Virus record (IMG/VR): IMGVR_UViG_3300032332_000835
Coordinates: 1-44,288 of that record
Length of the DNA stretch: 44,288 nucleotides
Source: a virus
Taxonomy: Duplodnaviria; Caudoviricetes
Strand: one strand, 5' to 3'
Shown here: in pieces, positions 1 through 10,740 of the stretch
How positions within the stretch are numbered: the first letter of the stretch is position 1
Layout: the number at the start of each line of letters is the position of its first letter
Notes under the pieces: model-generated
Told to the model about the DNA's origin: nothing
Database searches by the model: none
Seen by the model: the letters and a program-made list of their open reading frames with translations, nothing else
Position numbers and translations under genes: made by a program

Positions 1-2214
1 ATTGAAGTCGGATCAGAGAATGGTTTTCCTGACCCCTATGATGCTGTTGAACCTATTACTGCAATAACAATTACATATGTAAATGGCAAAACTCTTGTCT
101 ATGGTTGCGGCGAATATAACAACTATGATGATAATGTTACATATCTTTTGTGTAAAGATGAATGGTCGTTATGTAAACGATTTTTGGAAGATTGGCGCGA
201 AAATTGTCCAGATGTTATTACTGGTTGGAATATTAAATTCTTTGATATTCCGTATCTAGTAAATCGTTTTGAAAAGATTCTTGGTGAAGGCGAATCTAAA
301 AAAATCTCGCCGTGGAACTTTGTAACAGAAAGAAAAACTGTTATTATGAATCGTCAACAAACATTCTATGAACCAATGGGTGTTGCTGTTCTTGATTATA
401 TTGAACTATACAAATGGTATGCACCTGGCGGCAAATCACAAGAATCATATAAATTGGATAGTATCGTCAATGTCGAACTTGGTGAAAGCAAACTATCATA
501 TGATGAATATGATAACCTGCACCAACTATACAAATTAAACTATCAAAAGTTTATTGAGTATAACATCAAAGACGTTGAACTCATTCTTAAACTTGATGAC
601 AAATTAAAGTTGTTGGAATTGGCAATCACTCTTGCATACGACACAAAATCTAATTATGAAGATGTGTTTGCACAAACTCGTATGTGGGATGCAATGACAT
701 ATTCATATTTGTTAGAGAAGAATATCATTGTTCCTCCGCGTGTAATACAAGATAAAGATGCCGCATTTGAAGGTGCATATGTCAAAGAACCACAAGTCGG
801 CAAACACGATTGGGTTGCATCATTTGATTTGAATTCTTTGTATCCTCATTTGATGATGCAATATTCAATTTCACCAGAATGTTTGATTGATCCAAAAGAT
901 TATACACCAGAGATGCGCGAAATTATTAGTTCTGGTGTCACCGTTGAAAAACTTCTAAACAAAGAAATCGATACATCAAAATTAAAAAATGTTACTTTGA
1001 CTCCTAATGGTCAATTCTTCCGCACAGATATTAAAGGGTTTCTACCTGCGATGATGGAAGAAATGTATACAGATAGAAGTAAATTCAAAAAGATGATGTT
1101 GCAGGCGAAACAAGAATACGAAAAAGAAACTAATCCATCCAAAAAATATGAGATCGAAAAGCGCATAGCAAAATATAATAATATTCAATTGGCGAAAAAA
1201 GTGTCTCTTAATTCTGCGTATGGCGCACTTGGTTCACAATACTTTCGTTTCTATGACTTGCGTATGGCTCTTGGTGTAACAACTGCTGGACAACTGTCTA
1301 TTCGTTGGATTGAAAATAAAATCAATGGTTGGATGAATAAGTTACTTAACACAGAGAACAAAGATTATGTGATTGCATCTGATACAGATTCAATTTATCT
1401 TCGTCTAGGTGAGTTGGTTGAAAAAGTATACGGCACAAAAGATGGGGTTTCTTTACCAAAACAAAAAGTAATTGAATTCATGGATCGTGTTTGTGAAGAT
1501 AAAATTCAACCATTCATCGATAAGTCTTATCAAGAATTGGCTGACTATGTTCATGCATATGAACAGAAAATGCAAATGAAACGTGAGGGTCTTTCCGACA
1601 AAGGTATTTGGACTGCAAAAAAACGATACATTTTGAACGTCTATAATAATGAAGGCGTTGCGTATAACGAACCTCAAATGAAAGTGATGGGTCTAGAGAT
1701 GATTAAATCTTCTACACCATCGGCAATTCGTGAAAAGATGGCAGAAGCAATTAAAATCATCCTTTCAGGCACAGAAAACGATATACATGAATTTATTAAA
1801 AAGTTCAAAGAAGATTTTCGTAAATTGCCAGTAGAAGAGATTTCTTTTCCTAGAGGCATCAATGGATTGACAAAGTATTCTGATTCTGCGAAACTATACA
1901 AACTAGGAACACCAATTCATGTAAAAGGCGCTATACTATATAATCATAATCTTAAAATGAAAAACTTGACAAAGAAATACCCTTTAATTCAAGAGGGTGA
2001 AAAGATCAAGTTTGCGTATCTAAAGATGCCAAATCATTTTAAAGACACAGTTATTTCTTTTCCAGGTCGTTTACCAAAAGAATTCAATTTGTCAGACTTT
2101 ATCGATTATGATGTACAATTTCATAAGTCCTTCATTGAACCATTATCGGTAATTTTGAACTGCATGAATTGGACAGTTGAGAAACAAAGCACATTGAGTG
2201 ATTTTTTTAGTTGA
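1..2214 (+). CDS. 43: Family B DNA polymerase, T4 gp43-like (5' truncated by window edge)
   Basis: The frame is open from base 1 (IEVGSENGFPDP). Motifs: exonuclease GWNIKFFD and YNIKD; polymerase SFDLNSLYP, KVSLNSAYG and ASDTDS; C-terminal clamp-binding-like QSTLSDFFS. Confidence 0.97.
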   Translation: MEVGSENGFPDPYDAVEPITAITITYVNGKTLVYGCGEYNNYDDNVTYLLCKDEWSLCKRFLEDWRENCPDVITGWNIKFFDIPYLVNRFEKILGEGESKKISPWNFVTERKTVIMNRQQTFYEPMGVAVLDYIELYKWYAPGGKSQESYKLDSIVNVELGESKLSYDEYDNLHQLYKLNYQKFIEYNIKDVELILKLDDKLKLLELAITLAYDTKSNYEDVFAQTRMWDAMTYSYLLEKNIIVPPRVIQDKDAAFEGAYVKEPQVGKHDWVASFDLNSLYPHLMMQYSISPECLIDPKDYTPEMREIISSGVTVEKLLNKEIDTSKLKNVTLTPNGQFFRTDIKGFLPAMMEEMYTDRSKFKKMMLQAKQEYEKETNPSKKYEIEKRIAKYNNIQLAKKVSLNSAYGALGSQYFRFYDLRMALGVTTAGQLSIRWIENKINGWMNKLLNTENKDYVIASDTDSIYLRLGELVEKVYGTKDGVSLPKQKVIEFMDRVCEDKIQPFIDKSYQELADYVHAYEQKMQMKREGLSDKGIWTAKKRYILNVYNNEGVAYNEPQMKVMGLEMIKSSTPSAIREKMAEAIKIILSGTENDIHEFIKKFKEDFRKLPVEEISFPRGINGLTKYSDSAKLYKLGTPIHVKGAILYNHNLKMKNLTKKYPLIQEGEKIKFAYLKMPNHFKDTVISFPGRLPKEFNLSDFIDYDVQFHKSFIEPLSVILNCMNWTVEKQSTLSDFFS

Positions 2215-2221
2215 GGCAAAT

Positions 2222-3262
2222 ATGAATATTTTAGATAAAATCAAAAAGAACAGTTCGATTAAAGAATCGGATATTCTTTCCAAATCAAAATTCTTTATAA
2301 ATAAAGATATGATTCCAACACCTGTGCCTATTATTAATGTGGCATTGTCTGGTAGTTTTGATGGCGGTTTGACACCAGGTCTCACTATGTGGGCAGGCCC
2401 GTCAAAGCACTTTAAAACTGCATTCTCACTATTAATGGCAAAATCTTATTTGGACAAATATAAAGATGCAGCATTACTTTTTTACGATTCTGAATTTGGT
2501 ACGCCACAATCATATTTCGATTCTTTTGGTATTAATCCTGATCGAGTTTTGCATACTCCTCTTACTGATATCGAACAATTAAAAACAGATGTGATGAAAC
2601 AATTGTCAAATGTTGATCGTGGCGAACATTTGATTATTGTAATTGATTCAATTGGAAATCTTGCATCCAAAAAAGAAGTCGAAGATGCATTGGATGGAAA
2701 ATCTGTTGCTGATATGACAAGGGCAAAACAAATTAAATCGTTGTTTAGGATGATTACACCACATCTTTCACTTAAAGATATTCCAATGATTGTTGTTAAT
2801 CATACATATAAGACTATGGAATTATATTCCAAAGATGTTGTTGGTGGTGGCACAGGAAGTTACTATTCAGCTGACAATATTTTTATTCTAGGTAGACAAC
2901 AAGAAAAAGAAGGTACTGAAATTGTTGGTTATAATTTTATAATTAATGTGGAAAAATCCAGATATGTTAAAGAAAAATCTAAAATTCCTGTGTCTGTTTC
3001 TTTTGATGGTGGCATTAGTAAGTGGTCTGGTTTATTGGATATTGCTATCGAGTCCGGCCACGTTGTTAAACCATCCAATGGCTGGTATTCCAAAGTTAAT
3101 GTAGAAACTGGTGAAGTTGAAGATAAAAAATATCGAATTAAAGATACTGATACAAAAGAATTTTGGGAAACAATTATAAACGCAGATTCATTTAAAAACT
3201 TTGTTGAACAAAAATATAAGGTTACCAACAAAAATATTCTAAAAGGGGAAGATGATGATTGA
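2222..3262 (+). CDS. uvsX: UvsX RecA-like recombinase
   Basis: UvsX-type Walker A AGPSKHFKT, FYDSEFG, IVIDSIGNLASKKE and VVGGGTG. T4-like synteny. ATG 2222 chosen as start. Confidence 0.95.
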   Translation: MNILDKIKKNSSIKESDILSKSKFFINKDMIPTPVPIINVALSGSFDGGLTPGLTMWAGPSKHFKTAFSLLMAKSYLDKYKDAALLFYDSEFGTPQSYFDSFGINPDRVLHTPLTDIEQLKTDVMKQLSNVDRGEHLIIVIDSIGNLASKKEVEDALDGKSVADMTRAKQIKSLFRMITPHLSLKDIPMIVVNHTYKTMELYSKDVVGGGTGSYYSADNIFILGRQQEKEGTEIVGYNFIINVEKSRYVKEKSKIPVSVSFDGGISKWSGLLDIAIESGHVVKPSNGWYSKVNVETGEVEDKKYRIKDTDTKEFWETIINADSFKNFVEQKYKVTNKNILKGEDDD

Positions 3263-3575
3263 AGGCATAGATTACTGTTACATTTATCCAAAAGATGATG
3301 CAAAGACTGTTCATATACGCCTTTTAAATGGACCTTATAAAGATACCGTATACAAATACGGTAGAGTCAAGCTAAAAGAAGAAAACGAAAATATGCATTT
3401 ACTTTTTGCTTATGATGTGATAGAATCTACTGTGGACAATCCAAGAAAACTAGAAAAAGATGAAGATTTCAAAAACTACATCGGTGATTTTCTAGTGGAA
3501 ATAATGTCATCTAATCTTGAACAGGAAATAATTGATGAAACTGGAACAAACGATTCTGAAGAATCTAATATATAA
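3252..3575 (+). CDS. Small acidic protein, possibly gp40-like head vertex assembly chaperone
   Basis: 107 aa, located between uvsX and the helicase where gene 40 lies in T4. The call rests mainly on synteny. Confidence 0.5.
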   Translation: MMIEGIDYCYIYPKDDAKTVHIRLLNGPYKDTVYKYGRVKLKEENENMHLLFAYDVIESTVDNPRKLEKDEDFKNYIGDFLVEIMSSNLEQEIIDETGTNDSEESNI

Positions 3576-4911
3576 TGAGGAATATCTAAGAAAAGTATTA
3601 CCATTTCTAAAGACGGATTACTTTTTTGATAAAACAGAAAAAATTATTTTTGATGAAATAACGACATTTACACAGAAATATAATTCTACTCCGACAATTG
3701 AAGCAATCGTTTTGTCTATTAAAGAACGCCGTACATTTACGGATGTTGAAGTTGAAAAATCTGAAACATATCTTACTGAAATTGAAAAACTGAAAGGCGA
3801 AGAATCTAAGATTCAATGGCTAACGGACAAAACGGAAAAGTTTTGCCAAGAAAAAGCAATCTATAATGCTGTACTAGGTTCTATTTCAATTCTTGACGGC
3901 AAAGATAAGAACCATGACAAAGGTCAGATCCCTAAGATATTATCAGATGCATTATCTGTGAGTTTTGATAATTCTGTTGGCCATGATTATTTAGAAAACT
4001 CGGAGGAAAGATATGAATTCTACCACAGAAAAGAAGAGCGAATCCCTTTCGACCTTGAATTCTTCAACAGAATTACAAAAGGCGGACTCCCAGCCAAAAC
4101 CCTCAACATTGCTCTTGCGGGTACCGGGGTTGGCAAAAGTCTTTTTATGTGTCATGTGGCTGCAGGATGCATGGCGCAAGGTAAAAATGTCCTTTACATT
4201 ACTCTTGAGATGGCCGAAGAAAAAATTGCCGAGAGAATAGACGCCAATCTATTGAATGTTACAATTGATGATCTTATGGAACTTCCAAAAGATATGTATC
4301 AAAAGAAGGTTGAAAGAATTCGTAGAATGACAACCGGCAAATTAATTATTAAAGAATATCCGACTGCATCAGCATCAACAACACACTTTAGGACATTACT
4401 AAATGAACTTAACCTCAAAAAGTCATTTGTACCCGATATTATCTTCGTTGATTATCTTAATATCTGTTGCAGTTCTCGTATTAAGCCTGGCTCCAATATT
4501 AACTCGTATACATACGTTAAGTCTATTGCAGAAGAATTGCGAGGACTTGCCGTTGAATACGGAGTCCCAATTGTATCTGCAACTCAAACCACAAGATCCG
4601 GTTTTACTTCTTCCGACCCAGGACTCGAGGACACAAGTGAGAGTTTTGGTTTGCCGGCGACCGCAGACTTAATGTTTGCTTTGATTACTTCGGAAGAATT
4701 AGAAGAACTTAATCAAATTATGGTGAAACAGTTGAAAAACCGTTACGCGGATCCAACACATTATAAAAGATTTACTGTGGGTATTGACAGAGCGAAGATG
4801 AAACTGTATGATGTGGAACAGTCAGCACAAACTGGAATTGCCGATGCTGGCGATACACCAAAACCACAACCTAGAAAATCATTCGATGGATTTAAGTATG
4901 ACACTAACTAA
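3532..4911 (+). CDS. 41: Replicative DnaB-like helicase, T4 gp41-like
   Basis: Walker A AGTGVGKS, YITLEMAEE, IFVDYLNI, SATQTTR, SESFGLPATAD and KQLKNRY. Confidence 0.96.
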   Translation: MMKLEQTILKNLIYNEEYLRKVLPFLKTDYFFDKTEKIIFDEITTFTQKYNSTPTIEAIVLSIKERRTFTDVEVEKSETYLTEIEKLKGEESKIQWLTDKTEKFCQEKAIYNAVLGSISILDGKDKNHDKGQIPKILSDALSVSFDNSVGHDYLENSEERYEFYHRKEERIPFDLEFFNRITKGGLPAKTLNIALAGTGVGKSLFMCHVAAGCMAQGKNVLYITLEMAEEKIAERIDANLLNVTIDDLMELPKDMYQKKVERIRRMTTGKLIIKEYPTASASTTHFRTLLNELNLKKSFVPDIIFVDYLNICCSSRIKPGSNINSYTYVKSIAEELRGLAVEYGVPIVSATQTTRSGFTSSDPGLEDTSESFGLPATADLMFALITSEELEELNQIMVKQLKNRYADPTHYKRFTVGIDRAKMKLYDVEQSAQTGIADAGDTPKPQPRKSFDGFKYDTN

Positions 4912-6007
4912 AGAAGATGCAGTTTATTGCGCTGGTATCTTTGAAAATTATTTTGCAAAATTCAATCGTATTGATGAGTACATGAGAGATCAAAAAATTG
5001 CATCTCTTAATAAACTTGAAATTAGTGGTTTGTTTCCACCAGAAGATGAATTGTTTAGTGAATTCGATATGCATCCGAATGATATGGAGTTTGAAATATT
5101 TGAACCTCCAAATAAAACATGGGAAACATTAGTTGGTATTACCTCATCACATATTAATATTGCACCAGTTGGACGTAATATTAGATTGGCAGTAAAAGAA
5201 AAGAATACAGACAAATATATTGGTTTCATTCGTCTTGGTTCACCAGTTATTAATTGCAAACCCAGAAATGAAATGTTGGGTCAAGTTTTTACACAAAACG
5301 AAAAATCTAGCAAGTCGTTCAATAAATGTTCAATGATGGGTTTCGTAATTGTTCCTGCACAACCATTTGGTTTTAATTATCTTGGTGGCAAATTATTGGC
5401 AGCAATTACCACCTCGCATAAAGTTCGTGAAATCGTGAACAAAAAATATGATATGAACCTTTGTTTGTTCGAAACAACCAGTTTATATGGCAGTAGTAAA
5501 ACTGTATCTCAATATGATGGAATGAAACCTTATCTGCGATATAAAGGACTAACTGATAGTGATTTTCTACCTCTAATGCACGGTAAGACATATCACAATC
5601 TTAAAAACTTTGTAGAAACTCGTATTGGTGGTAATATTGTTCCTGAAAATTCATCTAGTCAAAAACTAAAGATTAGTATGAAAATCATTTCCATGATTAA
5701 GGCCGGTCTTAAAGGAAGTTCAGAACTAAGTAAATTTAATGAGGTTATAACAGATGCAAAAAAATTAACTGAACAGAAACGATACTATATTTCAAATTAC
5801 GGGTTCAAAAACTACATTGATGTGGTTAATGGAAAAACCGATATTCTTATCAAAGACGAAAATTATGATAAGTTTGAACTAGAAAACATCATTACATGGT
5901 GGAAAAATAAAGCCTCTAACCGATATGAAACTTTATCTAAAGAAGGACGTTTAAGAAAAGATTTAGAAGTATGGACTTCTGGAAAGGAGATAGACATTAT
6001 TAGATAA
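4898..6007 (+). CDS. DUF4338/DruA-like protein (Mom-related, putative GNAT fold)
   Basis: GRNIRLAV..IGFIRLGSPVIN.KPR, VPAQPFGFNYLGGKLLA and ETTSLYG..SQYDG resemble DruA/DUF4338 motifs as recalled. ATG 4898 overlaps the helicase end. Confidence 0.6.
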   Translation: MTLTKEDAVYCAGIFENYFAKFNRIDEYMRDQKIASLNKLEISGLFPPEDELFSEFDMHPNDMEFEIFEPPNKTWETLVGITSSHINIAPVGRNIRLAVKEKNTDKYIGFIRLGSPVINCKPRNEMLGQVFTQNEKSSKSFNKCSMMGFVIVPAQPFGFNYLGGKLLAAITTSHKVREIVNKKYDMNLCLFETTSLYGSSKTVSQYDGMKPYLRYKGLTDSDFLPLMHGKTYHNLKNFVETRIGGNIVPENSSSQKLKISMKIISMIKAGLKGSSELSKFNEVITDAKKLTEQKRYYISNYGFKNYIDVVNGKTDILIKDENYDKFELENIITWWKNKASNRYETLSKEGRLRKDLEVWTSGKEIDIIR

Positions 6008-6010
6008 ATA
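6003..6010 (+). promoter_or_regulatory. T4-type late promoter-like motif GATAAATA
   Basis: 7/8 match to TATAAATA, about 25 nt upstream of ATG 6035. Confidence 0.5.
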
Positions 6011-6034
6011 TTTGTATTTGAAGGTAATTTCAAT

Positions 6035-7339
6035 ATGGCATCAACTAACGAATACATAAAACAACTGATTAGCTCTGTTTATGATGGTCCATTAACTGTA
6101 GAAGGCACAGGATCAATTATTACTATAAAGGTTAATGATAGAGTGAAAGTCAAATCTGATTTATATGCTTTCTTGGATAAAAACAAATATCCTTATGAAG
6201 ATGAGAAAACGACACGATCATCGTTTAATATAACCAATATTAAAACACCAGATGGAAAATCTGTCGTTGTTATTTACAAAAATGCAACAGGTGGTGGCGG
6301 ATCAGGCGCCGGTGCAGAAGTTACAGAATTGGCAGAATCAGCACAATGTTGGTACACCGCAATTGCATTTAATAAAACTTTAGAATCTTTTGACGATTTT
6401 ATGAAATATTATGATGATGTAAAAACAAAATGTGATACTGATGCAACAGTACAAAAAATAATTGATAAGTTACCAGAAGATTGGGTAGAATCTTCAATTA
6501 AAATTGCCAATTATATGAAAGAAATGAAAGAGTTCAAAACAAATTTGAAAAAATATAACTTTCATCGTGGGTCAAAATTGGTTGATAAAATTACTAAAAT
6601 GTTTCTGTCTGCGAATAGAGCAGAACAAATGTTTGCAAATATCAATAAATGGAGTCCAGCAGATATTTGGTTAATGACTCCAACTGGAGAAAAAGAAATT
6701 AATGCAGCAGACGATAAACAAACATTTGCTTCATTAAATGCACTTATTGTAAAACTTTTTGAATCTAGAGAAGTTATAGGAGTATCATTGAAAAAAGTAG
6801 GTGATAAAGTGCATGATGAAATATTTAATTATGGTAAAAAAGAAACTGTGTGTAAATTCAAGTCTTTTAAAGTTTCTGAAAAATCTAAAGATGGATATAT
6901 TCTATTTTCATATAAAGATGATCCGAATATGGCAATTCAATTTAGATCATTTTCGGATACTGGTTCTTGGCAAGGTGAAATAAAAGGCAAATATGCATCT
7001 GGCGGTAAAATTGGTGGCGGTCAAGTTGCATCAATTTTTAAACGTGTTGCTAAAGTTACTTTATCATCATCAGATGCAAAAGAAGTAACCAAAAAAGTAC
7101 AATCTAGAAAAAAAGATATTCGTGAAGGTATTTTAGAAAATGCCAAAAAAATAAAAGTGAAAGTCGAAGAACCATTGTTACAAACAAATGATTGGAATTA
7201 TTCTAAGTTTTTGACATTGGAAACTTTGAGTGCTTTTGATAAACTAAATACCGAGAACCAACAAAGAATATTGCGTGAAATTATAGGTTATGCGGCTTCA
7301 AGTACAGAAGCTTCAGGAGTGTTTATTAAGATATCGTAA
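6035..7339 (+). CDS. Hypothetical protein, putative PD-(D/E)xK restriction-endonuclease-like fold
   Basis: Gly linker GGGGSGAGA, helix TELAES, then NKWSPADIWL ... IGVSLKK (E..D..SxK pattern). Confidence 0.5.
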   Translation: MASTNEYIKQLISSVYDGPLTVEGTGSIITIKVNDRVKVKSDLYAFLDKNKYPYEDEKTTRSSFNITNIKTPDGKSVVVIYKNATGGGGSGAGAEVTELAESAQCWYTAIAFNKTLESFDDFMKYYDDVKTKCDTDATVQKIIDKLPEDWVESSIKIANYMKEMKEFKTNLKKYNFHRGSKLVDKITKMFLSANRAEQMFANINKWSPADIWLMTPTGEKEINAADDKQTFASLNALIVKLFESREVIGVSLKKVGDKVHDEIFNYGKKETVCKFKSFKVSEKSKDGYILFSYKDDPNMAIQFRSFSDTGSWQGEIKGKYASGGKIGGGQVASIFKRVAKVTLSSSDAKEVTKKVQSRKKDIREGILENAKKIKVKVEEPLLQTNDWNYSKFLTLETLSAFDKLNTENQQRILREIIGYAASSTEASGVFIKIS

Positions 7340-7354
7340 TTATGGAGTTATATT

Positions 7355-8065
7355 ATGTCTGCAACTGTGATTATACCAACAACTGGTGCACCAGAATTAA
7401 GAACGGCAATCGTATCAGTTTTAGACCAATCATATGATACCACTTGTTATGTGGTTGTTGATGGCGAACAATATTTCGGCAAAACACGAGCCATCGTTAG
7501 TGACTATGCCGGAAATAAAAACCTCAAGGTCTGTTACCTCCCAATCAACGTAGGATCAAACGGGTTCTATGGTCATCGTGTATATGCATCCTTCACGCAC
7601 CTGGTCGACACGGAGTACGTCCTATACCTTGACCAAGATTGTTGGTTTGATGAACACCACGTTCTTTCCTGCATAGAAACGATCCAAAATAATAATTTGG
7701 AATGGTGTTATTCACTTAGAAAAATTTATGATAAAGACAGCAAATACATATGCAATGATGATTGTGAATCTTTAGGAAAATATCAATCATATCACGGCAT
7801 TAATCATATAGATACAAATTCTTATTGCCTTTCAACTAAAATTGCAATAAGATTAGCTAGCGTTTGGCATGGCGGTTGGGGGCAAGATAGAGTTTTCCTT
7901 TCTGCTATTTCTCAACATTTCCAGAAATACGATTGTACAGGATTGTATACTTCCAATTATAGAGTAGATGGTAATCAAGGGTCTGTTACTGGAGATTTTT
8001 TCTTAAATGGAAATAAAATAATGAATGAAAAATACAAAGGAAAATATCCATGGCAAAAAATTTAA
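7355..8065 (+). CDS. Glycosyltransferase family 2 (GT-A)
   Basis: N-terminal TVIIPT..SVLDQS..YVVVDG and DxD motif YLDQDCW. Confidence 0.85.
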   Translation: MSATVIIPTTGAPELRTAIVSVLDQSYDTTCYVVVDGEQYFGKTRAIVSDYAGNKNLKVCYLPINVGSNGFYGHRVYASFTHLVDTEYVLYLDQDCWFDEHHVLSCIETIQNNNLEWCYSLRKIYDKDSKYICNDDCESLGKYQSYHGINHIDTNSYCLSTKIAIRLASVWHGGWGQDRVFLSAISQHFQKYDCTGLYTSNYRVDGNQGSVTGDFFLNGNKIMNEKYKGKYPWQKI

Positions 8066-8910
8066 TTATTGGTGGGTTTTCAAACTACGATTATAATCAG
8101 TTAAAACCTTGGGTTGAATCGATTTGTGAAGTAACGCCAGAAAATACACATAAAGTTGTAGTTGTTGGTGATAATGTATCACAAGAAACTATTGGAAAAC
8201 TGATTAACAAAAATTTCGAGGTTGTGAAATCTGAAACGAAACAAGTTATTCCTATTCATGTTATGAGATTTCTCTATATCTATGAGTATTTAAAAGATAA
8301 ATGGAAAGACTATGAATATGTTGTAACTACGGACATGAAAGATGTATACTTTCAAAGTAATCCTTTTGTTTGGATTAAAGAAAATTTAGGTGATTATCAT
8401 CTTGTTGCTGGTTCAGAAGGCATGTTGTACAAAGATGAACCATGGGGCAATGAAAATTTGATGCAAGCATATGGTCCATATGTGCATAATTTATTTAAAA
8501 ATAATGAAATTTATAATGTCGGAACAATTGCCGGAGAATCGGAATATGTTAAAGATTTAATGTTTAATATCTTCACAAATGCAATTAATAGGCCTATTCC
8601 AATTTGTGATCAAGCAGTTTATAATGTGTTGTTACAAACACAACCATATAAAGATGTTACTTTGTTTCTAAAACAAAATTCTGGCTGGGCTATGCAAGCA
8701 GGAACTACTGTTGACCCGTCTAAAATTGAAAAGTTTAGACCGTTCTTAACGGAAAAAGAACCGTTGTTTGAGGATGGCATTGTTAAAACTTGTGACGGAA
8801 AACCTTTCGTAATTGTGCATCAGTATGATAGAGTTCCTTTGTGGAAAAAACATATACAAGAAAAATATAAACAAGAGAGTGCTCAAGGATACTTTGTCTA
8901 CAGGAGTTGA
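8050..8910 (+). CDS. Putative GT-A glycosyltransferase
   Basis: VVTTDMKDVYFQSNPF, DQAVYN and VHQYDR; context within the glycan island. Confidence 0.65.
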   Translation: MAKNLIIGGFSNYDYNQLKPWVESICEVTPENTHKVVVVGDNVSQETIGKLINKNFEVVKSETKQVIPIHVMRFLYIYEYLKDKWKDYEYVVTTDMKDVYFQSNPFVWIKENLGDYHLVAGSEGMLYKDEPWGNENLMQAYGPYVHNLFKNNEIYNVGTIAGESEYVKDLMFNIFTNAINRPIPICDQAVYNVLLQTQPYKDVTLFLKQNSGWAMQAGTTVDPSKIEKFRPFLTEKEPLFEDGIVKTCDGKPFVIVHQYDRVPLWKKHIQEKYKQESAQGYFVYRS

Positions 8911-8912
8911 TA

Positions 8913-9935
8913 ATGAATAAAAAATTGATGATTACTGGTGGAGCCGGGTTTATCGGACACCATGTAGTATATTATCTGTTGAAGAATACAGATTATGATA
9001 TTGTTTGTTTGGATCGATTGGACTTTTCCGGCAATCTAAATCGACTACACAAGATTCTAAACAATTTTGACACAAATACAAAGAAAAGAGTTAAGATTGT
9101 TTACCATGATCTTAAATCAGAATTTAATGAATATGTTATGGATAAATTAGGCGATGTTAATATTATCCTACACATGGCTGCAGCATCTCATGTAACACGT
9201 TCAATTAAATATCCTGTTGAATTCATCAATGATAATGTAATTGGTACTACAAATGTTTTAGAGTATGCCCGAAAATTAAAGAATTTAGAAAGAATGATTT
9301 ACTTTTCTACAGATGAAGTTTTTGGTCCCGCAGTAGATGATAAACCATTTACAGAATGGGACAGGTTTAATGGTTGTAATCCGTACTCCGCTTCTAAAGC
9401 AGCAGCTGAAAGTATTTGTATTGCATATGAAAACACTTATAAACTTCCTTTATACATAACACACACAATGAATGTTTACGGTGAAGATCAAAGTGATGAG
9501 AAATATATTCCAATGATTACGAAAAAAATATTTAATGATGAAACAATAACAATACACCATGATAGTAAAACAGGACAAATTGGCAGTAGATGTTATTTAC
9601 ATGCACAAGATGTGGCTGACGCACTATTATTTTTGATAAATTTAAAAGATATTAAACATGTAGATGGGCATAGAGGTGGTAGGTGCCATAAATTTAATAT
9701 TTCTAGTAATGATGAATTAAATAATTTAGAAGTGGCGAAAATTGTTGCCAAGGCAATGAATAAAGAATTAAAATATAATCTAGTCGATCCTAATAACGAC
9801 AGACCCGGTCATGATTTTAGATATTTAATTTCTGGTGATTATATGAAATCTTTAGGATGGGTTAAAAAAATTGATGCTGATACTGGTATCACAAATGTTG
9901 TATTGAACATGGTAAAGGAACTTGAGAATGGGTAA
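8913..9935 (+). CDS. NAD-dependent nucleotide-sugar dehydratase (dTDP-glucose 4,6-dehydratase, RmlB/RfbB-like)
   Basis: ITGGAGFIG, HMAAASHV, FSTDEVFG, YSASK and DRPGHDFRY. Confidence 0.88.
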   Translation: MNKKLMITGGAGFIGHHVVYYLLKNTDYDIVCLDRLDFSGNLNRLHKILNNFDTNTKKRVKIVYHDLKSEFNEYVMDKLGDVNIILHMAAASHVTRSIKYPVEFINDNVIGTTNVLEYARKLKNLERMIYFSTDEVFGPAVDDKPFTEWDRFNGCNPYSASKAAAESICIAYENTYKLPLYITHTMNVYGEDQSDEKYIPMITKKIFNDETITIHHDSKTGQIGSRCYLHAQDVADALLFLINLKDIKHVDGHRGGRCHKFNISSNDELNNLEVAKIVAKAMNKELKYNLVDPNNDRPGHDFRYLISGDYMKSLGWVKKIDADTGITNVVLNMVKELENG

Positions 9936-10740
9936 TATCACTATAGTCACATCTTTCTTTGATATTGGTCGTAGCGAGTGGACACCAGATAAAGGACTTC
10001 CACATTTTCTACACCGTTCTACTGAAACATATTTGGAAAGATTTAGTTATCTTGCAAAAATTGAAAATGAAATGGTTGTGTTTACAACAAAAGAATATGC
10101 ACCAAGAATTGCAGAATATCGCAAAGACAATATTGATAAAACAAAAGTTGTCGTTGTGGATCACCCCAGAATTAGTTTTGCATCGATGCGAGAAAAGATC
10201 GAAAAGGTACAAAGAGATCCAAATTTTCAACGCAATTTAACACCTTATCAGAGAGCAATGCCAGAATCATGGAGTCCAGATTTTTGTCTTGTTACTGACC
10301 TTAAAGCATATTATACAAATCAAGCAGTAGAAAATAATTATGTCAGTAATGACCTAGTTTCTTGGATTGATTTTGGATATGCAAGAACACCTGAGAAAGT
10401 TAGCAAATCATGGAGTTACAATTTTAATCCTGAAAAAATTCATATCTTTCCAGATAAAGAATTGGGAAATAGAACAGTTGCAGAAACAATTTATCAAGGT
10501 GATGTTATTGTTTTTGGTGCTTTTGTTGTCACACACAAAAAACTTTGGCCAAAAATGAGTGAATTGATGTTCAAAAGTTTTGATATGTTATATGAACAAA
10601 ATGTTGTGGATGATGACCAAGGGTTATGGTTGCAATCTTCATTATTGGAACCTCACCTGTTTGAATCACATATGATTCCAGACCATAGACTTGGACATGA
10701 TCCATTTGTAATTTTTGAAAAATTTAATCAGGTGAAGTAA
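9928..10740 (+). CDS. HtrL/YibB (WlaTC)-family putative glycosyltransferase
   Basis: ITIVTSFFDIGR, Y...F..LA, WIDFG and DDDQ. Confidence 0.75.
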   Translation: MGNITIVTSFFDIGRSEWTPDKGLPHFLHRSTETYLERFSYLAKIENEMVVFTTKEYAPRIAEYRKDNIDKTKVVVVDHPRISFASMREKIEKVQRDPNFQRNLTPYQRAMPESWSPDFCLVTDLKAYYTNQAVENNYVSNDLVSWIDFGYARTPEKVSKSWSYNFNPEKIHIFPDKELGNRTVAETIYQGDVIVFGAFVVTHKKLWPKMSELMFKSFDMLYEQNVVDDDQGLWLQSSLLEPHLFESHMIPDHRLGHDPFVIFEKFNQVK

